Of a DNA stretch of 55,875 nucleotides, positions 18,365-28,821 are shown in pieces. Position 1 is the first letter of the stretch. Each line of letters begins with the position of its first letter. The position numbers were made by a program, and so were the translations under genes. A model generated the notes under the pieces. The model was given only the letters and a program-made list of their open reading frames with translations, was not told the DNA's origin and searched no databases. Origin of the DNA: a virus. Lineage: Duplodnaviria; Caudoviricetes. The stretch lies in the IMG/VR virus record IMGVR_UViG_3300022188_000013, positions 1-55,875 of that record. One strand, 5' to 3'.

Positions 18365-19392
18365 TGGTAGATTATGGTTATAATTACACAATAGACCAGT
18401 TTTTAAATAACAAATATGATCTTAGCAAGCTTGACAGGGAAATAAGATCTTCGAGTATTACTGTAGCAATCAATTATTTAACTGGCACAGAAGAAGATGT
18501 TGATATTTATTTTAAGAACTATCTTCAAGTAGATGAAGTTACTACTTTAAGTGGTATAGTTGCTGTGCATGACGGTATAGATGATAGTATAGACTACCAG
18601 CCTGTAAAAATAATGGCGGTGGATGAAGGTACTCATATGAACACAAGTATTTATGATGTTCCTATTGATCGTTCTGGAAAATTAAGAGTACATCAAACAT
18701 CACGTAAACTTGGTACGAAAACATATTGGACTGGGTGTGGAGACGATCTTTCAGATATAACTGATGTTGGTGGTGGGAATCAGAAATTTTTATTGAATCA
18801 TACCATTTCTGGAAGTTTAACTGAGGCTGTATATATAGATTTTAATATTTGTTTAAATGAGACTTGGATCCATGAAGGATTAATTAATTGGGAAAATTGT
18901 AAAGGGGACTCTGTAACGTTAGAAATGGTTAGCAGAGCAACGGGTATTGTTTCTGGAACAAATACAAATTATAATTTATATGGTGGTTACATGGTTATAC
19001 CTGCGGATGGAGATGGGACTATTGAGGTTACCAGTGATATAACATCACCAATAGGTGGATTAGTTTATATGCCAAATAATGATCTTGATGAATCACCGAC
19101 TGCATTTTGGAATGCTGATTTTAATTCTAGTACAGGGTTATATGAAAATATTAGCCCGGCTCCTTATGGAGATGGAAGGTATAATATGTTTGCAGGTGAA
19201 ATACTATTTGCAAGATTTACAAATAGTATTTTGCTCCTAAATAGTGGTTTCATGCCATTATCTTGTTCAGACACAGATGAATTAGGAAACGGTTTCAGAT
19301 TAAAAATGACGGGGGAAACTAATATAGATAAAGGAGATCATGAGTGGAGTGTTGCAGCTACTATAGTGTTTCATAGAGCTAGGATTAGATAA
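18364..19392 (+). CDS. Putative virion structural protein
   Basis: TAATG coupling with GGAGG RBS; acidic, beta-rich composition. Confidence 0.65.
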   Translation: MVDYGYNYTIDQFLNNKYDLSKLDREIRSSSITVAINYLTGTEEDVDIYFKNYLQVDEVTTLSGIVAVHDGIDDSIDYQPVKIMAVDEGTHMNTSIYDVPIDRSGKLRVHQTSRKLGTKTYWTGCGDDLSDITDVGGGNQKFLLNHTISGSLTEAVYIDFNICLNETWIHEGLINWENCKGDSVTLEMVSRATGIVSGTNTNYNLYGGYMVIPADGDGTIEVTSDITSPIGGLVYMPNNDLDESPTAFWNADFNSSTGLYENISPAPYGDGRYNMFAGEILFARFTNSILLLNSGFMPLSCSDTDELGNGFRLKMTGETNIDKGDHEWSVAATIVFHRARIR

Positions 19393-19757
19393 TGAGAAAA
19401 AAATTAACAATAGATTATATTTGTTCAGAATTTAAAAAAGAAGGTTATATTCTTTTGACTGAAAAATATATAAATAACAGTCAGAAATTAGATTACATTT
19501 GTCCAAAAGGACATAAACATAGTATTAGTTGGAGTAATTGGAATCACCCTGAAAAATACAGACGTCCTTATTGTTCTGGTAAAGATTCTACATTGGCTGT
19601 GCATCATATAGATTATAACAAAAAATTTTGCGGGGCTGAAAATTTAATTACCGTTTGCAGATCTTGCAATTCTAGAGCAAATACAGATAGAGGGTGGCAT
19701 AAAGCTTGGTATAAAGCAATTTTATATAAAAGATATGGATATGTTTATGAAGGATGA
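19392..19757 (+). CDS. Internally deleted HNH endonuclease, related to 25421..26320
   Basis: One EGY.LL..Y...KLDYICPKGH repeat joined directly to VHHIDYNK..NLITVCRSCNSRAN. Confidence 0.75.
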   Translation: MRKKLTIDYICSEFKKEGYILLTEKYINNSQKLDYICPKGHKHSISWSNWNHPEKYRRPYCSGKDSTLAVHHIDYNKKFCGAENLITVCRSCNSRANTDRGWHKAWYKAILYKRYGYVYEG

Positions 19758-19760
19758 TAT

Positions 19761-19880
19761 ATGGAATTATATATTTCAGATTTACATTTAGGTAGTTCAC
19801 TTTTTAAATCTAAACATGAAGTTTTAAATTTAGTATCACAAGATTTTGAAAAAAATAGTAATAGGGATAGACTTATTTAG
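19761..19880 (+). pseudogene. Truncated metallophosphoesterase paralog (39 aa)
   Basis: MELYISDLHLGSSLFKSKHEV matches the next gene's MDIFISDLHISSPLFKFEKEV, then similarity is lost near an A7 run. Confidence 0.7.
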
Positions 19881-19886
19881 GAGAAT

Positions 19887-20555
19887 ATGATGGATATTTT
19901 TATTTCCGATTTGCATATAAGTAGTCCGCTTTTTAAGTTTGAAAAAGAGGTTACTTGTTTATTTAACGACCCAAAGGTAGAGGCCATCTATATTTTAGGT
20001 GATTTATTTGATGATTGGGAAGAGTGTCCTACGAAAACTGCTAAAAAGAAAAAAGTTTTTATAGACATGATTAACAATTGTAGTAAAATAAAAGTGATTA
20101 TAAAAGGAAATCATGATCCAGACATACACGTTATGGGGGAAATTTTTCCTAATATACTAATACTTGAACGTATGGAATTAGATTTGTTTGGAAAAAAAGC
20201 TATATTAATTCATGGGGATGAAACAGATACTTCGATGGGTTGGACTAAAACACTGTTTTATGTAAATTATTTACTAGAAAGAGTTGGTTTTAACTTGAAA
20301 GCGTTTATCAGAAATACAGTACATTGGTATTTAGTTTGGAAACATAGTGTTTCACCTAATTCTTTAGTGTTTAAAACTGAGAAAGCGTTATATAAGAAAT
20401 ATTCTAAAGATTATGATATTATAATTTCAGGACATACACATATGCCTAAGATCGTTGTAATGGAAGATGCTTATTTTTTGAATACTGGTAGTGTGTTATA
20501 TAAACCAAATTATTTAGTTGTAGACAAAAATACATTTTTTATACAGAGGTTTTGA
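19887..20555 (+). CDS. Calcineurin-like metallophosphoesterase, LpxH-like
   Basis: ISDLH, LGDLFDDW, GNHD, HGD, GHTH, NTGS motifs. Confidence 0.88.
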   Translation: MMDIFISDLHISSPLFKFEKEVTCLFNDPKVEAIYILGDLFDDWEECPTKTAKKKKVFIDMINNCSKIKVIIKGNHDPDIHVMGEIFPNILILERMELDLFGKKAILIHGDETDTSMGWTKTLFYVNYLLERVGFNLKAFIRNTVHWYLVWKHSVSPNSLVFKTEKALYKKYSKDYDIIISGHTHMPKIVVMEDAYFLNTGSVLYKPNYLVVDKNTFFIQRF

Positions 20556-20556
20556 T

Positions 20557-21114
20557 ATGAATTATTATAAAATAAAATCAAGGTTACTGAGTTTTTTTTC
20601 GGATATAAGAATTTATCCTGGCGGTATAATAATAGCAGGCGATTCCCATTACGATTTTAAGGGAAAACATATGAGGCAAGCTTTAGGTAATTTAAAAACT
20701 GGAGACGTGCTATTACGTAGATATTCTCATTATCTTGGCAGTGTATTGACTAAAGGGTATTTCTCTCACGCAGCAATTTTTACCGGCGAAAATAATGTTA
20801 TACACATGTTAGGTGATGGTATAGTAAGAGAGGATATACTAACTTTTATGCATTGCGATGATATGTGTATTTTAAGATCAGTAAATAAAGAGATTGTAGA
20901 ACAAGCAGTTTTAAATGCTTATAAGCACGAATCTGTGGGAGTTGAATATGATTATGATTTCGATATGGTTAGTCCGTCAAGGCTGTATTGTACTGAATTT
21001 GTAGATAACTGTTTTGGGTATCCAATTAAAAAAGAAAAATCTTGTAGTGGTTTTATTTTACCAGATAATTTTTTAGAGTCACCACAATTTAAACTTATTT
21101 GGAGAAAAGGATAA
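20557..21114 (+). CDS. Permuted papain-like NlpC/P60 enzyme (YiiX/YebB-like)
   Basis: GDVLL, FSHAAI, YDYDF, LYCTEFV (His precedes Cys). Confidence 0.85.
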   Translation: MNYYKIKSRLLSFFSDIRIYPGGIIIAGDSHYDFKGKHMRQALGNLKTGDVLLRRYSHYLGSVLTKGYFSHAAIFTGENNVIHMLGDGIVREDILTFMHCDDMCILRSVNKEIVEQAVLNAYKHESVGVEYDYDFDMVSPSRLYCTEFVDNCFGYPIKKEKSCSGFILPDNFLESPQFKLIWRKG

Positions 21115-21164
21115 TATCAAATTTTAGAATAAGGAAATTAATGAGTGGTAAAGGTAACTAAATT

Positions 21165-21683
21165 ATGATAAGAGTAAACGTATCCGAGGCATTTCCAATA
21201 ACAGTATCTCTTATAGACGAGATTACTGGGTCAGTAGCTACTGGGAAGACTGTTTACTACGATGTTAGACAGTATTTAACAGATCTTCCTATTTTTCCAC
21301 CGGCCTCAGGAATATTATCAGAATCTATAGTAGAGCCTGGTATATACACTGGTATTGAGTCTATAAATAAAAGTGGAACGTATATAGTGTATGCTACGTG
21401 TTCAGGTTTTTTATCTAATACAGAAGAAATAATAATATCTTCTAATTACAGCAGACATTATAATACTTCAATCGAAGATGTTGTAAGAACGACAGTGACT
21501 CCTACACCATCACAAGTAGTTCGAAATGTTGGTCCTGGTAAGACAGACTATGTTATAACTAGACTTAAACCAGATCATGTACCAGATTGGACTGGTCCAT
21601 CTACAGTGTCTGGTTCAGTGTACGCACATTATAAAGAGTTTGATGATGAAATACCATTCCTGATGGGAGGCTCTGGGGTATAA
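21165..21683 (+). CDS. Putative virion protein
   Basis: Beta-rich ORF within the structural operon. Confidence 0.6.
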   Translation: MIRVNVSEAFPITVSLIDEITGSVATGKTVYYDVRQYLTDLPIFPPASGILSESIVEPGIYTGIESINKSGTYIVYATCSGFLSNTEEIIISSNYSRHYNTSIEDVVRTTVTPTPSQVVRNVGPGKTDYVITRLKPDHVPDWTGPSTVSGSVYAHYKEFDDEIPFLMGGSGV

Positions 21684-21684
21684 T

Positions 21685-22131
21685 ATGGTTGATGTGAGAT
21701 TCATAGGCTGGGCAGGATATCAATTAGCTCCTTGTAGTGCAACTTCAAGCGGCATTTGTGGCTATGGCATAATAGAAATTGAGCCGGGATTTCAGATAAT
21801 AGCTACACCGGTGGAGTATGGTTATTGGAGCACGACAGAGCACAGACATATCCATGATGGTACAACAGTTGCAACAATTTATAATTATATAGACCAGCAG
21901 ATAAGTGATGTGTATGGCGTGCAGTCTAATGCTATGGTGGAGGTTTATAATACTTTGGTTGGCGGTCAAGGAAATTATTGGAATTTCGTGCCAGGAGTTA
22001 CAAATCCACTAAGCCCTCATAACTTCAATCTTAGTTACTACGATTCAGGGGCTAATTCACAGGAAATTGTTGGTTATTTTGTTAAGTCTATACATCCAAC
22101 TAAGTTTACTATTACCTGGGGAGAGCGTTAA
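21685..22131 (+). CDS. Putative virion protein
   Basis: ORF tightly packed in the structural operon. Confidence 0.6.
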   Translation: MVDVRFIGWAGYQLAPCSATSSGICGYGIIEIEPGFQIIATPVEYGYWSTTEHRHIHDGTTVATIYNYIDQQISDVYGVQSNAMVEVYNTLVGGQGNYWNFVPGVTNPLSPHNFNLSYYDSGANSQEIVGYFVKSIHPTKFTITWGER

Positions 22132-24398
22132 TGGGAGTTAACATAGTAATAACTGGTAATATTTATAATGAACACGGTACACAATACACGGGTTCTGAGA
22201 TAGCTTATCAGCCGTATTTCGCTAATGTTGTAGGTGGTGGTTCAGCGTCTATTTGGGGAACTGTCAAATACTCTATATTTGGGCAATACAATTTTAATTT
22301 AGCAGATAATGATTTACTTACTACTGCAGGTGAGGTGTCGTCTGGAGATGTGGTTATAGTAGTTTTTTGGTCTCCAAATTCTGTAGATAGATCTGTAAGT
22401 TGTGAGCACTTAAATAGTTGGAGTGTTTGTCGTTTCGTGTTAGGTACAGGACCGGGTATGGTTAGTGATAGTCTATATGTAGCAGATATACAGATACTGC
22501 CTAATATCTGTCCTAATCTTATATGGTCATTACAAGGTACTGGACTTGCTGGTGTTAATGTAACTGCTAATAATACAAGTACAGACACGCACCAATGGGT
22601 GTTTTCAGGGACCGAATTATACCAAAGAGATGCGTGGTATGGTGAACAGTTAATGTCTATAAATAATGTTGATAATTCAAGTTATGATTGGGGTGATGGA
22701 AACCAAGATAACAACCTGAATGGAACTACAAACGGTATACATAGTTGGGTAATGTCAGGGGATTACGATGTTGAGTTAGTAGTTGAGGATGATTGTGGGT
22801 GCACGGTTACTGGTACAGAGCAGATCAAAATTTTTAATAATGTTCCAGTACCGAATATTATAATGACCCCTGGTGACCCAGATCCAAATGAGATGGTTAC
22901 CTTTCAGTATACTGGGACAGATATAGATGATAATATTACCAATATAGCATGGACTATAGTTGATTCTGGAATTTATGGTAATACTGATACGATAAGTGCT
23001 ACTAACGTTAGAGATGCTGTTGTACCGCATTCTGAGGGTCAAGGTACCCAATGGTATGGTGAGACTTCTAATGTAGGTGCATTCACTAACCCAGGCGGTC
23101 ATGTGGTTTATATAGTGGTAAGTTGGTGGGATGGTTTTGCAATTCAGACAATAAATTATAATGAAAGTTTCACACAAGGTATTTTTTCCGGCCCGGCCGT
23201 AAATTTTACACAAGTACCAAATGAGGCAGAAAAAGATTTACAAGTTATATTTACTAATACATCTACTAATACAGAGAGAGTTGGGTTAGGGTTACCTAAC
23301 CACATAGAATATAACTGGAGATGGATAGATGGTGCTTTAGTAGAAAATGAAATTGATAAAGTATATGGGTATGAATTAATAAAAACACCAACTACTGCTT
23401 CTTGTGAAGTGCAGCTTTGTGCCCAGTGGAGTGATGGTTGGGATACACAAGAAACCTGTGTAGAAAAAGACGCTGTATTTAAAACTACAATTACAGTATC
23501 TGAAGAAGATTGTTATTATAATCTTAATATAATTGGTACTTCTACAGACGGTTCCGTTAGTGGTTATGGGTGGACAATATCTTCTGGTATAAGTGCGGTA
23601 GGTCCGTGGGCAGAGACTTGGACAAGTCCTATAGGATTAAATCAGAATGATAAGAAAATATGTTTTACATCATTGGGCTGGTACAAAATAGAAGGTGCAG
23701 TGCACGGCACAGGTAATTCAACATATGATGATGAGACGTTATATATAACTTCTGTTTGTCCTCCTGGTGAATCAATTAAAAATATTTGGAATGGTACCGG
23801 TGTGCTTGATATTGGTTCCGATTGGACTCATAGTTCGTTTGGTGTAGAAACAGAGCAGGCTATGCATTCAGGTACTTACGGTCTTGATGCTATTGGAATG
23901 AGTAATAATACAAGTATACTTTTTTCAGCCCCGGGAGTAAGTAATATTTTATTAGATGATTATGATTTTTTAAGGTTATGGGTTAATGTTAAGGATTGGA
24001 CTTCTGGAATAAATACGACTGTACAATTTAAAACTGTAGGATCGTCTAACAGTAATATAGTAAATTTAAATTCTTACTTAGATACTGGTATCCTTGATGT
24101 TTGGCAAAAAGCATTAATTCCAGTAACAGACTTTGGTTTTAATACTGGTGGTATATATCTTAATAAATTAATTTTAAAGTCTAAGGGAAGTTTGGGTATT
24201 TGGCTAGATGACATTGCTCTTACAATGGGAACTAGAGAACAGGTAGCTATCCCTATTTGTGCTCCTGATATACATGCACATGAGTTTGGAGTTAAAGGAA
24301 CTACTTCTAAAGAAGTTAAACCAGCTATGAGGTCTTACCCAGATATTCAGAATGGTCCTAGGGTAATAAATACTTTTCCACCACCAAGCGTTAGTTAA
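22131..24398 (+). CDS. PKD-domain structural protein with possible C-terminal carbohydrate-binding module
   Basis: YDWGDG..H.W..SGDYDVELVVEDDCG PKD motif; WQKALIPVTDF..IWLDDIAL CBM-like motif. Confidence 0.72.
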   Translation: MGVNIVITGNIYNEHGTQYTGSEIAYQPYFANVVGGGSASIWGTVKYSIFGQYNFNLADNDLLTTAGEVSSGDVVIVVFWSPNSVDRSVSCEHLNSWSVCRFVLGTGPGMVSDSLYVADIQILPNICPNLIWSLQGTGLAGVNVTANNTSTDTHQWVFSGTELYQRDAWYGEQLMSINNVDNSSYDWGDGNQDNNLNGTTNGIHSWVMSGDYDVELVVEDDCGCTVTGTEQIKIFNNVPVPNIIMTPGDPDPNEMVTFQYTGTDIDDNITNIAWTIVDSGIYGNTDTISATNVRDAVVPHSEGQGTQWYGETSNVGAFTNPGGHVVYIVVSWWDGFAIQTINYNESFTQGIFSGPAVNFTQVPNEAEKDLQVIFTNTSTNTERVGLGLPNHIEYNWRWIDGALVENEIDKVYGYELIKTPTTASCEVQLCAQWSDGWDTQETCVEKDAVFKTTITVSEEDCYYNLNIIGTSTDGSVSGYGWTISSGISAVGPWAETWTSPIGLNQNDKKICFTSLGWYKIEGAVHGTGNSTYDDETLYITSVCPPGESIKNIWNGTGVLDIGSDWTHSSFGVETEQAMHSGTYGLDAIGMSNNTSILFSAPGVSNILLDDYDFLRLWVNVKDWTSGINTTVQFKTVGSSNSNIVNLNSYLDTGILDVWQKALIPVTDFGFNTGGIYLNKLILKSKGSLGIWLDDIALTMGTREQVAIPICAPDIHAHEFGVKGTTSKEVKPAMRSYPDIQNGPRVINTFPPPSVS

Positions 24399-24409
24399 GG
24401 AGATTATAA

Positions 24410-25411
24410 ATGATTAATTTAACATTTACGGTAGGAGATATAAATAACGTCCTACAAGTATTCAATACGATACAGATTCGTATGTATACTGGAGAAGGTA
24501 CACCAGGATCTCCTATAACAGATTTGGTAGCTTTTTCTGATTATACTAAAATAAATGGGTTTGATGTGATTAATGGTAGGAGTGATGTGTCTGATGTAAG
24601 TTTAAGATCAGATTTCTCTCAATACTACTTTACTCACACGTCAGGCGTTGCTACTGACTGGTATACTTCTAGATATTATAATGATTCTACAGGGGCAACT
24701 TCTGGATGGTCAGACGCAATATTAGGTGAACCAGGAGATCTTTATTATGATCCAGTTTACCCTCCAGAGATAGAGTACGGTTCTGCTGATCAAATGACAA
24801 TAGACCGTATACGGTTGTATATAGGTGATCCTATAGGGTTACGGAGAGAGTATGGTGAAGAGGCTATGTCTTCAATTCATCCAGATGGAAAAACGTATGA
24901 ATTTGACGAAAAAGGATGGCCAGTATATGTAACTATGGGAGGAAAGTCTTATGTAAGTACTACAAACCCATCAGTGAATGGTTATAAATTTTTAAGATTT
25001 ACAGAATTTATTGATGATGTGTGTCAAGAGTGTGTAACATACTCAGGAACTTGTGGCGAGGATGTAGTTAAAGAGGTTACCCACGGTATTGATTTATGGT
25101 ACTACACATTTCGGTTCAGTTCTAGACAGATTATGGAGGCTTACGAGAGCTGTCCGCCCCCATCACCACTTACACCTGTTACTGCAAATGCCGAAGTTTA
25201 TATGGTTCAGACTGCTATTGATCTTCTTAGGAGTGAGCTCTTAGAAGATACTACTGAAGATGGGGCCGTTATCAGTGATGAAGGGTCCAAATATGATCCT
25301 TCTGCTGGGCTTGAGGTAAGAAGTGATTTATTAAAAGATTTAACTAAAAGGCGTGATGATTTAGTTAGAGCTTTACAATTAACCGGAATTACTGGAGTCA
25401 GAGTTGACTAA
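24410..25411 (+). CDS. Putative head-tail adaptor/neck protein
   Basis: IDRIRLYIGD and FSSRQI motifs typical of connector proteins; synteny. Confidence 0.55.
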   Translation: MINLTFTVGDINNVLQVFNTIQIRMYTGEGTPGSPITDLVAFSDYTKINGFDVINGRSDVSDVSLRSDFSQYYFTHTSGVATDWYTSRYYNDSTGATSGWSDAILGEPGDLYYDPVYPPEIEYGSADQMTIDRIRLYIGDPIGLRREYGEEAMSSIHPDGKTYEFDEKGWPVYVTMGGKSYVSTTNPSVNGYKFLRFTEFIDDVCQECVTYSGTCGEDVVKEVTHGIDLWYYTFRFSSRQIMEAYESCPPPSPLTPVTANAEVYMVQTAIDLLRSELLEDTTEDGAVISDEGSKYDPSAGLEVRSDLLKDLTKRRDDLVRALQLTGITGVRVD

Positions 25412-25420
25412 AGGATAATT

Positions 25421-26320
25421 ATGAGTAGGAAACTAACATATGAATTTGTAAAGGAATCTTTTGAGAAGGAAGGATATACTCTTTTGTCTACTGAGTACAT
25501 ATGTGCTAACAAAAAATTAGATTATGTTTGTCCAAATGAGCACAAACATTCTATTAGCTGGAATAATTGGCAACAAGGCAAACGATGTTACTTCTGTTTT
25601 GGGTCAGAAAAGCACACTATTGATTATATCAAATTGTGTTTTGAAAAAGAAGGTTACACACTTTTATCTAATGAATATATTAATAACAGTACTAAACTTG
25701 ATTATATTTGTCCTAAAGGTCATAAACACAATATAACTTTCGGTAATTGGATTAGTGGTTATAGATGTCCAACATGTGCAAACATAATTAATGGAACTAG
25801 ACAAAGAAAGCGTGTTTTTGATATAAAAGTTGCGTTGCGTGACGATGATTACACCCTTTTATCTGTAAAATACTCTTTAACAGGTCGTACTGTATTAAAA
25901 TGTAAATGCCCAATAGGACATGTGTATGAGGTTAGGTGGAATTGTTGGCAACAAGGACAAAGATGTCCAACATGTAGGGGTATTAAGATGTCTATAGACA
26001 GATCAGGCCCCAATCATCCAAACTGGAAAGGTGGTATTTCTTGTGATCCTTATTGTGATGCTTGGTCAGATAAAGAGTATAAAAATGACATTAAAAACCG
26101 TGATGGAAATATGTGTTTAAATCCAGAATGTTGGAAAAAAGATAACATACTTTCTATTCATCATATTGATTATAATAAGAAAAATTGTTCTCCTAATAAT
26201 TTAATAACAGTTTGTAGAAGTTGTAATTCTAGGGCAAACAAAGATCGTAAATGGCATACGTCTTGGTACCAAGCTGTCATTAAAAATAGATACATTACAC
26301 TGGGAGCTGAATATGGTTAG
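25421..26320 (+). CDS. HNH endonuclease with three CPxxH/CxxC Zn-ribbon repeats
   Basis: Repeats EGYTLLS.EY..KLDY.CP..H; HPNWKGG; IHHIDYNK..NLITVCRSCN. Confidence 0.88.
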   Translation: MSRKLTYEFVKESFEKEGYTLLSTEYICANKKLDYVCPNEHKHSISWNNWQQGKRCYFCFGSEKHTIDYIKLCFEKEGYTLLSNEYINNSTKLDYICPKGHKHNITFGNWISGYRCPTCANIINGTRQRKRVFDIKVALRDDDYTLLSVKYSLTGRTVLKCKCPIGHVYEVRWNCWQQGQRCPTCRGIKMSIDRSGPNHPNWKGGISCDPYCDAWSDKEYKNDIKNRDGNMCLNPECWKKDNILSIHHIDYNKKNCSPNNLITVCRSCNSRANKDRKWHTSWYQAVIKNRYITLGAEYG

Positions 26321-26909
26321 AGGAAGAATTTCACCTAAAACAAAAGAAAGGTTTCGTAAGTCTATACGTGATGTTATTAAGGGGCTTAGTAGAAAGGTTC
26401 TTATTTATAAGCAGCCAATTAAAACAGAATGTATGAACTGTTATTTTGACAAGATGACCGGTCGTTCTACCGGTAAATGTAAGTGGACTGTAGATGAAGC
26501 TGTTCAGAAGCAGGCTGAATGGGGGTCTACACACCCAGGTCAAGTAAGATTTAAATGGTTTAGGGTAGGCCGTTGTCCAGTATGTAGGGGTGATGGTTAT
26601 TTAGAGATTAAACGTAGAACGTGGGTAGATTGTTTAGTTATGTGGAGTCCTGGAAGTAGATACGGTAATGAAACTGTATACACTCCTGCTGGTACAGAAG
26701 GATCAACAATAGTACAACTAAAAACAGACCCTAAGTATTATGATATATTTAAGAACTGTACTGCCATTATAGTGGATGGGGTTGAGTGTAAGTTATCTAA
26801 ACCACCAATACTGAGGGGTCTTGGCAATCAGGCGGTACTGATAATTTCAGCATTTACAACAGACAAGCCTAAGCTTGATAGTGGTGAGATTATTAAGGAA
26901 TATACATAA
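26313..26909 (+). CDS. Putative head-closure/neck protein with CxxC motifs
   Basis: Synteny; CMNC and CPVC motifs. Confidence 0.5.
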   Translation: MVRGRISPKTKERFRKSIRDVIKGLSRKVLIYKQPIKTECMNCYFDKMTGRSTGKCKWTVDEAVQKQAEWGSTHPGQVRFKWFRVGRCPVCRGDGYLEIKRRTWVDCLVMWSPGSRYGNETVYTPAGTEGSTIVQLKTDPKYYDIFKNCTAIIVDGVECKLSKPPILRGLGNQAVLIISAFTTDKPKLDSGEIIKEYT

Positions 26910-27550
26910 TGAAAAGAGAACATGTAATAAAGAAAATTTCCAAGGGTATGGATAAATTAATTAAGAATTCTTTAGTACATAAGTTTACAAATGTAAGTGA
27001 AGAAGTTCGCGAAGTAATAATAGCTGAGTATGATGAGGAGTTAGTCGATGTTGTAACTGATAGAAAAAGTAAAACAAACCCTAATTTATATAGGGATGAG
27101 TTTATTGAACGCTTAGAATCGTATACTTATGTGAAGTATAGTGGTGATGTAGTAACGTTGTCTGTTCCTGACATGGAAACTTTTGATTTTTCTGGAAGGT
27201 TGAGGGTTATAGAATCCATCATGCGTGGATTGACAGGAATTTATGTTGAAATTAATGAAGAAGATTATATAAAAGTTTTTGGAAAGAGGCCTGTAAACCA
27301 GGAACCAATAGATAACTATGTGTCGCCTAAGGACAGGATATATTTGGTTAAACATACTGGAAAGATTAAAAGGTCAGAACGCGAGCTAAAGAAAAAATTT
27401 GTCCGTTATCCGTTTTCTAATACAGCCCCAATAGAGATACTTGAAGAAGGACAAAAATTTGTGGATGAAAACATAAATATGTGGACCGAAGAAGCCATTA
27501 CAGAAGCTCAAAAGGTATTTGCTTTAAATTATAAAGGAGCTAAATTATAA
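26909..27550 (+). CDS. Putative neck/tail-completion protein
   Basis: Translationally coupled ORF; function from synteny only. Confidence 0.5.
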   Translation: MKREHVIKKISKGMDKLIKNSLVHKFTNVSEEVREVIIAEYDEELVDVVTDRKSKTNPNLYRDEFIERLESYTYVKYSGDVVTLSVPDMETFDFSGRLRVIESIMRGLTGIYVEINEEDYIKVFGKRPVNQEPIDNYVSPKDRIYLVKHTGKIKRSERELKKKFVRYPFSNTAPIEILEEGQKFVDENINMWTEEAITEAQKVFALNYKGAKL

Positions 27551-28491
27551 TGAGTTATGAGATGAGAAGCCTTCGTAAAGAAGACTTAAGCTTATATTAT
27601 TATATAAAAGATGTTGTACTCCGTGATTTTGTAGAGTTAGAGCAGCTTGCAGAGATGACTCTAATGTCAGATATGTGCGGAATGGATAGTTTTGTATACG
27701 AGTATGTGTCTGGCCTCGAACCGTCACCAACAGAGCGTGGTAGGGGGTGGAAATGTTTTGATCATCCTACAGGCTGTACTTCTTGTGAACCATATCCAAC
27801 TGTTTCTGGACTTGACGGTGATGGTGATGCTGCGTATGGGACCCCAGAACAGAGTTACCAAGTAGTAGTGTTTGAAACAACTTCAAGTGGTTTAACTGCA
27901 GTACTGCCCACTGAATACATGGTTGACTATGTAGATGGAAGAATAGTTTCAACAAGAAAATTAAATTCACCAAAAGTAACATACCATTGGAACTACGTTT
28001 CTGTTGTTGATGAGTGGGCTGCTATTGAAGCAGCAGATCCTCCAGTAATTGTTATAGACATGCAAGGTACAGACAAGATGGGTTATCAATTAGGTGGTGG
28101 TAAAAAGACAGTACGTAAAGTCGACATTCACGTGTTTGCTTCAGATACAGCTGAACGGAATGACATTGTGGAGACATTATATGATGGTTTGTATCTTAAG
28201 AGTTGTCCTTTATATAACTTCCCTACAGGTACAGTCTTAGACTATGACGGTACCTTTTATGGTAGGCGTAGTGCAGCAACACCAGCTAATAAACTAACCT
28301 ATCTATTTAATAGAGAGAAGGTTTTAAATGTTAGTCAATTACAGTTTGATTCTGTTGTAGCTAGGCATGTTAATTTACCACTAGTAATGTCGAGAGGACG
28401 CGATGAAATTATGCTAAGTGATTTAAATGCATATAGGTCAAAGGTATCGTTTAACGTGTTTTCATATGATGACAGGACAATTACTATATAG
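27550..28491 (+). CDS. Putative tail terminator protein
   Basis: PVIVID..GYQLGGG..VDIHVFA..ERNDIVETL pattern; immediately precedes the tail tube gene. Confidence 0.6.
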   Translation: MSYEMRSLRKEDLSLYYYIKDVVLRDFVELEQLAEMTLMSDMCGMDSFVYEYVSGLEPSPTERGRGWKCFDHPTGCTSCEPYPTVSGLDGDGDAAYGTPEQSYQVVVFETTSSGLTAVLPTEYMVDYVDGRIVSTRKLNSPKVTYHWNYVSVVDEWAAIEAADPPVIVIDMQGTDKMGYQLGGGKKTVRKVDIHVFASDTAERNDIVETLYDGLYLKSCPLYNFPTGTVLDYDGTFYGRRSAATPANKLTYLFNREKVLNVSQLQFDSVVARHVNLPLVMSRGRDEIMLSDLNAYRSKVSFNVFSYDDRTITI

Positions 28492-28711
28492 AGTATTATA
28501 ATTAAACGAATATGATTTACAGGTTCACACTTTGAAAGAAGAAAGATGAACCAAAAGATATAGTGGTAACAAGAAATATATCTTGGATAAGGAACGTGTT
28601 GTAGTAAATTAGCCTCAATTTACGCAACATATTAAGGTAAATATCGACCTGATATGATTTACACATACTATTAAGACCCAAATAAGGGAATGATAGGAGG
28701 AAAAATTTATT

Positions 28712-28821
28712 ATGGCTAGAAATAGAATTATATATGCATCCCAGAGTATATGGGCAGAGGGGGAAGTTCTATATAGGGTGCAATCCCTTGGAACAACTAC
28801 TACTTTCACTTCTGAGGACAT
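28712..28821 (+). CDS. Tail tube (major tail) protein, exon 1
   Basis: AGGAGG RBS; MARNRIIYASQSIWAEGEVLYRVQSLGTTTTFTSED; exon end GGACAT pairs with intron GTGTCC. Confidence 0.85.
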
